Origin: a virus
Virus record (IMG/VR): IMGVR_UViG_3300042445_001170
Location: 48,168-112,167 of that record
Strand: one strand, 5' to 3'
Length of the DNA stretch: 64,000 nucleotides
A model generated the notes under the pieces. It was not told the origin of the DNA. It saw only the letters and a program-made list of their open reading frames with translations, and made no database searches. This document shows, one piece after another, positions 58,322-64,000 of this stretch. The stretch's first letter is position 1. Every line of letters starts with the position of its first letter. Position numbers and translations under genes: made by a program.

Positions 58322-59006
58322 CTGTATACTTTTTCTCTATCTCTCGATATGCTGGTGTGTGTGGTGCTTCTAGGTAATCAAGCATTGTTACTATAGAATA
58401 CTTTGTTCCGCTTGTTACTGGAAGTGAGGCGTGAGAGAATAAGTATGAAGAAGGGAATAGATAAAGGTCTCCCGCCTGTGGCTTTATTTTTAAATTAAAC
58501 TTATCAAAAAATAACTCCCCGCCTTCGTAATCATCGTTAATATACCCAACTGAAGATAGCACACAGATATAGGAGTATCCGTGGTCAGAGTGTACTTGAA
58601 AATGCTGCCCTGGTCCATATTTAACAAAGTTAAAAGACTCCCAGTAATTTAGTGGTGCAAGGTTAAACTTTTGTCTATAGTCTTCTACTGGGCCTAGCTG
58701 TGCATCTTTAGCATTTTCCCATATTGATTCTAGTTTAATTTGATCTGCGCTTTTGCCATCATCATCCTGTTTGTTTTTCTTAATTTTAAAATCAAATGCG
58801 TCTCTATACTTTAAATCGCTCAAAGCATAACCAGTTGTGGCCTGCTTCCATTTATAAGTTGCATGTGGTGAGTCTGAGTATCCAACACCTTCGGCATCTG
58901 GGTCTCTGGATAAACATTCTTCAAGCCTGTTAATCAAATTCATTTCTTTTGGAAATACATTTCTATATACAAGAACTCCTGGCGCTAACATCTCTGGCTG
59001 ATTCAT
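58308..59006 (-). CDS. 2OG-Fe(II) oxygenase, P4H-like
   Basis: HSD...YINDDYEGG...FPS..FSHAS...KY. Confidence 0.88.
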   Translation of the reverse strand: MNQPEMLAPGVLVYRNVFPKEMNLINRLEECLSRDPDAEGVGYSDSPHATYKWKQATTGYALSDLKYRDAFDFKIKKNKQDDDGKSADQIKLESIWENAKDAQLGPVEDYRQKFNLAPLNYWESFNFVKYGPGQHFQVHSDHGYSYICVLSSVGYINDDYEGGELFFDKFNLKIKPQAGDLYLFPSSYLFSHASLPVTSGTKYSIVTMLDYLEAPHTPAYREIEKKYTDGYA

Positions 59007-59007
59007 A

Positions 59008-59715
59008 CTACCCTCCCATATTCAATTTAGTTTTATTTTTTAGTCTAACAAAGCTGTCAAACTCATCTCCGTGAGAATTATCGTTATAGTCTGTCATTGT
59101 TACTACAGAGTATTTTATGCCATCAGAAACTGGCATAGCTGCGTGTGAAAATAAATATGTTGAAGGGAAGATGTAAAGATCCCCAGCTTTAGGTTTAATT
59201 TGTAAACCAAGTTTTGGGAAAACAATTTCTCCGCCAACATAGTCATCGTTTATATAGCCAACTAATGAAACTGTTGACACATAAGAAAACCCATGATCTG
59301 CATGCTCTTTAAAGTAATTGCCTGGACCATATTTAACAAAGTTCATTTTTTCCCAGAAATTCATTTGTATGCTATACATGTTGCAATAGTCTTGAAGAGC
59401 TGGGTTTTGTGCGTCATATGAGTCTTGCCATATTTTTTCAAATACAATTTGATGCTTGTCTTTTTCGGGGAAGCTTGTTTTTTCAATTTTAAAATCAAAG
59501 CAGTCTCTATAGTCTATAGATTTCTTACTGCCGCCGACGGTAGCTCGTTGCCACCTGTAACCTTTAGACAAAGAAAGCTCTTCCTCTAGTCTTTGGGAAA
59601 GATTTAAATCTTTTTTAATTACATCTCTGTAAACCCAAAGTCCAGGGAAAAGCTGTTCTTTTGAAGACCATGTCTCCGATAAATCATTTTGCATTTCTGC
59701 CATTAAGCCTATCAT
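59008..59715 (-). CDS. 2OG-Fe(II) oxygenase, P4H-like
   Basis: HAD...YINDDYVGG...FPS..FSHAA...KY. Confidence 0.88.
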   Translation of the reverse strand: MIGLMAEMQNDLSETWSSKEQLFPGLWVYRDVIKKDLNLSQRLEEELSLSKGYRWQRATVGGSKKSIDYRDCFDFKIEKTSFPEKDKHQIVFEKIWQDSYDAQNPALQDYCNMYSIQMNFWEKMNFVKYGPGNYFKEHADHGFSYVSTVSLVGYINDDYVGGEIVFPKLGLQIKPKAGDLYIFPSTYLFSHAAMPVSDGIKYSVVTMTDYNDNSHGDEFDSFVRLKNKTKLNMGG

Positions 59716-59721
59716 TTATTC

Positions 59722-59750
59722 ATTATGACATTTAAGTATATAAATGTCAA
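59722..59750 (-). promoter_or_regulatory. Promoter for the oxygenase operon, leaderless
   Basis: TTGACA (59745-59750), 17 nt, CATAAT with extended TG; 6 nt before the ATG at 59715. Confidence 0.65.
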
Positions 59751-59776
59751 TTATTAAAATAAACAGCTTTTGTATA

Positions 59777-61105
59777 TTAGATCTTTAAGTTGTGTAGCAG
59801 AATTCCATCTGCAACGAACCAGTCTTGTGGCTCTGTATTTAATCTATATACTGTTGCTACTCCATCAACCATTGTGATTGATTCGATTAGCTCGTCTGTA
59901 AGAGATCCATCTTCATTTACATGAACAAGGTAGTCTCCTTCAACTATATCTGCTGAAACTTGAACCTGGTACATGCCTTCTCTTTTAATGAATACATGCT
60001 GTACTAGAGATACTTTCTTTGACTCATTGCCATTGAAATACATTACCTGCGGTACAATTTTACCAATTTTTGAAGTTACTGTTGCTTCAACATTTCCTGA
60101 AGAAACTAGGCTGTCTGAATTCCATAGTGCTAGATCAAACTCTGACTCTTCTTGTGAGCCAACTAATGGGATTCCAGCCAAATCTACTGAGACGATTGTA
60201 TCTCCGACTGCTAGATCTTTAATAGCTTTCATTCCTGTTGTTGTTTTAATAAGTGTGTTTTCTTCTATGCATCCGCCAAACCCTGGAGGAGAGAAGAACC
60301 CTGGTGGTGCAAAGAACCCTGGAGGACCGAAGAACCCTGGTGGTGCAAAGAACCCTGGAGGACCGAAGAACCCTGGTGGTGCAAAGAACCCTGGAGGAGA
60401 AAAGAACCCTGGAGGGGAAAAGAACCCTGGAGGGGAAAAGAACCCTGGAGGTGCAAAGAACCCTGGAGGAGAAAAGAACCCTGGAGGGGAAAAGAAGCTT
60501 GGTGGTGAGAAGAATGTAGTTATGCTATTAGACGCACCTGAAGTCTGTCCTGAACCAATTGCATTTGTTGCATATACTGTGTAGGTCTGAGCAGTTCCTT
60601 GCTCTTGTGATACTGAAACTGATGTGGAGGTTGTGTTACCAGTCTTTCCATCAGATGATGCCCAGTAATAGGCACCTAGTGGTGATCCTCCGTTTGCTGG
60701 AGTAGACCATGAAACTACGTCCACTCCTGCTGAAGATGATGAAGCCGAAACTCCTGTTACTTGAGCTGGAACAGTAGCTGAAAGCGGTGTCAATGTTGCT
60801 TGTGTTGAAGGACCATTACCAACTGCATTAGATGGAGTTATTGTAAATGTATAGTTTGTTCCACCAGCAAGGCCTGTAAAAGACTTTGTAGTAGAGGTTG
60901 ATGTTTGTGTTGTTGTTGCTGGATTTGACACTATTGTATATAGTGTTGCTGCTGGTGAATCGGATGGAAGCGTCCAAGACAAGTTCGCTGAACCGTTATT
61001 GAACGCCCCTCCGTTAACACCAGTGGCAGTAAATCCAGTAACCGCCTTTGGCTCCAGGAAGTTGTCCTGTGCTGAAGACTTAATACCGATTTTCTTATTT
61101 GCCAT
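59777..61105 (-). CDS. Fn3-Fn3-(FFxPPG)13-Hint autoprocessing protein
   Basis: Two Fn3 repeats (LSWTLP..GLAGGTNYTFTITPSNAVG; VSWSTP..YTVYATNAIG), 13 hexapeptide repeats, then a Hint domain GG|CIEENTLI..IKDLAVGD..VYRL..FVADGILLHN-LKI. Confidence 0.85.
   Translation of the reverse strand: MANKKIGIKSSAQDNFLEPKAVTGFTATGVNGGAFNNGSANLSWTLPSDSPAATLYTIVSNPATTTQTSTSTTKSFTGLAGGTNYTFTITPSNAVGNGPSTQATLTPLSATVPAQVTGVSASSSSAGVDVVSWSTPANGGSPLGAYYWASSDGKTGNTTSTSVSVSQEQGTAQTYTVYATNAIGSGQTSGASNSITTFFSPPSFFSPPGFFSPPGFFAPPGFFSPPGFFSPPGFFSPPGFFAPPGFFGPPGFFAPPGFFGPPGFFAPPGFFSPPGFGGCIEENTLIKTTTGMKAIKDLAVGDTIVSVDLAGIPLVGSQEESEFDLALWNSDSLVSSGNVEATVTSKIGKIVPQVMYFNGNESKKVSLVQHVFIKREGMYQVQVSADIVEGDYLVHVNEDGSLTDELIESITMVDGVATVYRLNTEPQDWFVADGILLHNLKI
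60281..60514 (-). repeat. 13 x 18-bp coding tandem repeat, FF[S/A/G]PP[G/S]
   Basis: Directly visible (gaaccctgg(a/t)gg...); includes an exact 36-bp higher-order duplication. Confidence 0.97.
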
Positions 61106-61133
61106 TTTTTATCTCCTATTATTTTTAATCTAA

Positions 61134-62936
61134 TTAAGCTGACAGATCGCCAACAAGTACCCAAGTATTTGCTGCTCTCTTTATTAATGTTGCTGATGAC
61201 CATTGTGCACGAAGCTTTAAGCCTGGAGTTGCATTTACTGTAACTCCACCTGCTGCTGCGATGTCTACTGCTCCTGCTCCCACTCTTAGAACATCTAGCG
61301 ATGTGCCGACTGGGAATGCAACTGCTGCATCTGTTGGAATTGTGACTGTTGTTGCAGAAGCTGAGTTCATTTCAATCATTGAGTCTTTTTCGTTAATTGA
61401 TGAAAGTGTGTAGCTTGCTGTCTTCTGTGAAATTGGTGTAGCAGATGGGACCTTGCCTGCAAGTGCTGTTGTTACAGTAGTTGCATAGTTTGCATCGTCT
61501 CCAAGTGCTGCAGCTAGTTCATCAAGTGTATTCAATGCTGCTGGTGCTGCTGCGATAACTGCATTTACCTGTGCTGTTGCATCTGCAATAGCTTCTGACT
61601 TAGCAGTTGCAATTGCTGAAGCCTGTGCTGTAGATACTGGCTTATTTGCATCTGATGTATTATTTACATTTCCAAGACCTAGGGTGGCTGCTGTTACTGC
61701 TGCAACCTCTGACTTAAGTGCTAGGAGTGATGTATCTGAAATTCCGTGAACATTTGTTGTATCAGCGTTGTGGTCTGATACCTTTGTATCTGCTGCAGAG
61801 GCTGCTGCTGAAATAGCTGCTGCCTGTGCATTGGAAGCCTTAGTTGTAGCGTCTGCTGCAGCTGCTGTAATTGCACCAGCTACCGCTGTGTCTGCTGCTG
61901 CTCCTGCTGCGGCAATTGCTTCTGTTTTAGCAATTGCAGTTGTATTTGCTGCTGATGTGATGGCTGCTGCTTGAGCTGCTGCTGCTTTAGCTGTAGCGTC
62001 TTCTGCTGCAGTTGTTGTTGCTGCATTAGCCTTAGTTGTAGCGTCTGCTGCTGCTGCAGAAATTGCTGCTGCTTGAGCGGCGTTAGCCTTAGTTGTAGCG
62101 TCTGCTGCTGCAGTTGTAATTGCACCTGAAACTGCAGTTGTACGATCTGAAACTAAATCGTAGTCAGCAATTATTGCACCTGCTGGGATTGTTACTGTTC
62201 CAGTAAATGTAGGTGAAGCAATTGGAGCCTTTGTAGCCAAACTGTTTGTTACAGTTGTAGAAAAGTTTGCATCTGATCCCAGTGCATTTGAAAGCTCTAG
62301 AAGAGTGTCTAGCGCACCTGGTGCGCTATTAACAATGTTTGAAAGCTGTGTAGCTACATAGCCTTGGCTTGCTACAGATGTTGGTGAATTTGAAAAATCA
62401 ATATTCAAATCTCCAGTTGTAGAGTTATAGTTAAGACCATTTCCAGAAACACTTATCTTATTTCTAACAGAAGAGTCGCTAATTTGAGCTGCTGGAATTG
62501 TAGCGGCTGAATCAAGTGAAGCAACTCCGTAAGCAACTCCCTTGTCTGACTCTGGGACATATGTTGCATCTGATGTGCTTTGAAGTCCTGCTACGCCTGC
62601 TGCTACAGCTGTTGATATAGCTGATGCTACGTATGTCTTGTTTGCCCATATTGTGTCATCAATTGCTACTGTGATTGTGTTAGCACCGTCATTATATGTC
62701 TTTGTAAGACCTGTTCCAACTGCAAGAGCTGAATTTATTGCATCTTGTGCAATTTCTGTAACGCCAGGTGTATCTGATGCACCATATGCAAGTGTGCTCC
62801 AAGCTCCTGTACCGTTACCAAACTTAAACTTATTTGTGTCTGTTTCGTATCCCATTTCTCCTGCTGCTAGAATTGGGTTTACTGAGGTCCAGTCTGCTGC
62901 GACGCCTCTTCTTACTTGAATTCTTACTGTTGACAT
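61134..62936 (-). CDS. Tail fibre with an Mtd-N/hyaluronidase-type N-terminus and an Ala-rich shaft
   Basis: IQVRRG..W..NPILAAGEMGYETDT.KFK.G.G..W; two APxALxTLxELxxALGxDAN modules; AAADATTKA repeats; WVLVGDL C-terminus. Confidence 0.8.
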   Translation of the reverse strand: MSTVRIQVRRGVAADWTSVNPILAAGEMGYETDTNKFKFGNGTGAWSTLAYGASDTPGVTEIAQDAINSALAVGTGLTKTYNDGANTITVAIDDTIWANKTYVASAISTAVAAGVAGLQSTSDATYVPESDKGVAYGVASLDSAATIPAAQISDSSVRNKISVSGNGLNYNSTTGDLNIDFSNSPTSVASQGYVATQLSNIVNSAPGALDTLLELSNALGSDANFSTTVTNSLATKAPIASPTFTGTVTIPAGAIIADYDLVSDRTTAVSGAITTAAADATTKANAAQAAAISAAAADATTKANAATTTAAEDATAKAAAAQAAAITSAANTTAIAKTEAIAAAGAAADTAVAGAITAAAADATTKASNAQAAAISAAASAADTKVSDHNADTTNVHGISDTSLLALKSEVAAVTAATLGLGNVNNTSDANKPVSTAQASAIATAKSEAIADATAQVNAVIAAAPAALNTLDELAAALGDDANYATTVTTALAGKVPSATPISQKTASYTLSSINEKDSMIEMNSASATTVTIPTDAAVAFPVGTSLDVLRVGAGAVDIAAAGGVTVNATPGLKLRAQWSSATLIKRAANTWVLVGDLSA

Positions 62937-62967
62937 TATGCCACCCCTTATTTTATATTATTTGTAA

Positions 62968-62976
62968 ATTATACCA
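62968..62976 (-). promoter_or_regulatory. Extended -10 promoter
   Basis: TGGTATAAT in the intergenic region. Confidence 0.6.
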
Positions 62977-62991
62977 CTGAGCCCATTACAA

Positions 62992-63351
62992 TTAAGCGTT
63001 AATTGTGCTGGAGTCAAAGGATAGATCGTATGAAGTTGTTGAAGGGGTTCCGCCGTCAGCGAATTTAGTCGCTGTTGTTACAACCCCGTTTGCCTGAACT
63101 GTATAGACTGGATTGCCATCGTAATCGATTGCTAATCCAATATCCATAAAGCTAATTGCTCCAGATGTATCTACTACATCTGTTGTATGTGCTAAAGAGA
63201 CCCAAGTTCCATTAATCTGAACCTGTAGTCTCCCTGTTGTTTCATCAAATGCTATCGGGGCGGTGCCTAATACAATATTAGAATCAAACGTAGCTGTACC
63301 AGCCACATTCAATCCATTCTTTACTCTAAAATTCTTATTTACTGTTGCCAT
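62992..63351 (-). CDS. Putative virion structural protein
   Basis: NFRVKNGL N-terminus; lies among fibre genes. Confidence 0.6.
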   Translation of the reverse strand: MATVNKNFRVKNGLNVAGTATFDSNIVLGTAPIAFDETTGRLQVQINGTWVSLAHTTDVVDTSGAISFMDIGLAIDYDGNPVYTVQANGVVTTATKFADGGTPSTTSYDLSFDSSTINA

Positions 63352-63384
63352 TTAAGTTCACATATCCCCTAATTGTTATTTGGT

Positions 63385-63407
63385 GGGGGATTTTTAAGGA
63401 ATCCCCC
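63385..63407. terminator. Intergenic hairpin (terminator or processing site)
   Basis: GGGGGATT/AATCCCCC stem; weak U-tract. Confidence 0.45.
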
Positions 63408-63422
63408 AAAACCTTTATTTAA

Positions 63423-63998
63423 TTACTTAAGTAGTGTTCCAGATACTTTAACTGTTGAGTTGTCTGTTGGTGTAACCTTTACAAGAACATTTGCACCAGA
63501 TACTTCTGCTGTAATTGTTCCTCTTGATCCATTAGTTCCAACAATTGCATATTCTGTAATTGCTACGTTATCTGATGCATCTAGTGTTAATAGGATTTCA
63601 GATATTTCATTGTGTGTTGCGTTATCAATCTTAACAAGAAGCTTGGCTGAACGGTAGTCTGCCTTTGCCCACTGGTAAGCTGTTCCAGCAACTGATGCTG
63701 TTCCAGTTGATGAGGCTGCAATCTGCTTTGCCTGATCATTTACATTTAACGCTGTGAAAGATGTTGTTCCTTCTTGCTGAGCTGTGTTAGCTGCTGCTGC
63801 TGTAGCTTCGGCTGCTGCTTGAGCGGCGTTAGCCTTAGATGTGGCGTCTGCTGCTGCTGTAGCTTCGGCTGCTGCTTGAGCGGCGTTAGCCTTAGATGTT
63901 GCGTCTGCTGCTGCAGTTGAAACTGAAGCTGCGTCGCCTGATACTCTAAGTGCTGCTTCTGCTGCTACCTTAGATGTGGCGTCTGCTGCTGCTGTAGC
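63423..63998 (-). CDS. 3' part of a fibre-like virion protein (starts beyond the window)
   Basis: Translated by hand: (AAADATSKANAAQAAAEAT)n, then DYRSAKLLVK...EILL..D...ITEYA...VSGTLLK*. Confidence 0.75.
   Translation of the reverse strand, partial: ATAAADATSKVAAEAALRVSGDAASVSTAAADATSKANAAQAAAEATAAADATSKANAAQAAAEATAAAANTAQQEGTTSFTALNVNDQAKQIAASSTGTASVAGTAYQWAKADYRSAKLLVKIDNATHNEISEILLTLDASDNVAITEYAIVGTNGSRGTITAEVSGANVLVKVTPTDNSTVKVSGTLLK
63792..63914 (-). repeat. 57-bp (19-aa) coding tandem repeat
   Basis: Two near-identical copies with a 57-nt period, plus a partial third near 63970-64000. Confidence 0.85.
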
Positions 63999-64000
63999 TT

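Noticed and set aside
59777-60271. Hint domain as a mobile canonical intein
   Set aside because: No endonuclease, no +1 Cys/Ser/Thr, and only a 3-residue C-extein.
60281-60514. 18-bp repeats as a CRISPR array
   Set aside because: The units are contiguous with no unique spacers, are a multiple of 3, and vary mainly at synonymous sites: a coding repeat.
60281-60514. Resemblance of PPGFFSP to bradykinin (RPPGFSPFR) or to fungal/plant Pro-Phe cyclic peptides
   Set aside because: Short low-complexity similarity with no evidence of homology or mimicry; useful only as a chemical analogy.
60253-60519. Alternative-frame repeat peptides (LQGSxx, QRTLEx, KNPGGx) as overlapping genes
   Set aside because: An 18-bp repeat without stops is open in several frames automatically; only the FFxPPG frame links the Fn3 and Hint domains.
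61134-62936. Diversity-generating retroelement suggested by the Mtd-like N-terminus
   Set aside because: Only the N-terminal anchor motif is present; no reverse transcriptase and no adenine-specific TR/VR pair was seen in this window.
81-63657. Plus-strand ORFs in the track (e.g. 81..287, 47922..48569, 53255..53755, 59973..60584)
   Set aside because: They are antisense shadows of well-supported minus-strand genes, with low-complexity translations and no recognisable motifs.
1-64000. Prophage or bacterial chromosome context; alternative genetic code
   Set aside because: No integrase, att site or host housekeeping block was seen, and long genes read through under the standard code using all three stop codons.

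Overview
This is a 64-kb segment of a large, AT-rich tailed dsDNA phage with siphovirus-type architecture. Every credible gene is on the minus strand; the + strand ORFs in the track are shadows. In the direction of transcription (right to left) the window holds: tail-fibre/adhesin genes; an Fn3-Fn3-(FFxPPG)13-Hint protein; an 8-gene operon of six prolyl-4-hydroxylase-like 2OG-Fe(II) oxygenases and two DUF6065-like genes; a collagen-like fibre; portal, protease/scaffold, capsid, neck and major tail genes; tail chaperones with a -1 frameshift; a 2786-aa tape measure; tail tip genes; a replication/recombination block (DnaB, primase, SSB, DnaE, RecA, Cas4-like, RuvC-like); terminase; three tRNAs; and accessory genes (SGNH-like, SDR, CHAP endolysin, SNase, Hsp20, FmdB, a secreted PA14 protein). 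Many extended -10 promoters sit 6-8 nt from the start codon, implying leaderless mRNAs. With the DnaE/FmdB gene content this suggests an actinobacterial host, plausibly a low-GC freshwater lineage (inference). The best candidate for an undescribed system is 53014-61105: a self-cleaving, Pro/Phe-repeat virion-type protein encoded directly upstream of a battery of peptidyl-hydroxylase-like enzymes, with a collagen-like fibre on the other side. This looks like a phage-encoded post-translational tailoring (RiPP-like) locus. Also notable are a HipA/PI3-4K-like kinase module inside the tape measure and a ROSE-like thermometer before hsp20. All family calls come from motif recognition by eye; no searches were run and novelty is unverified.
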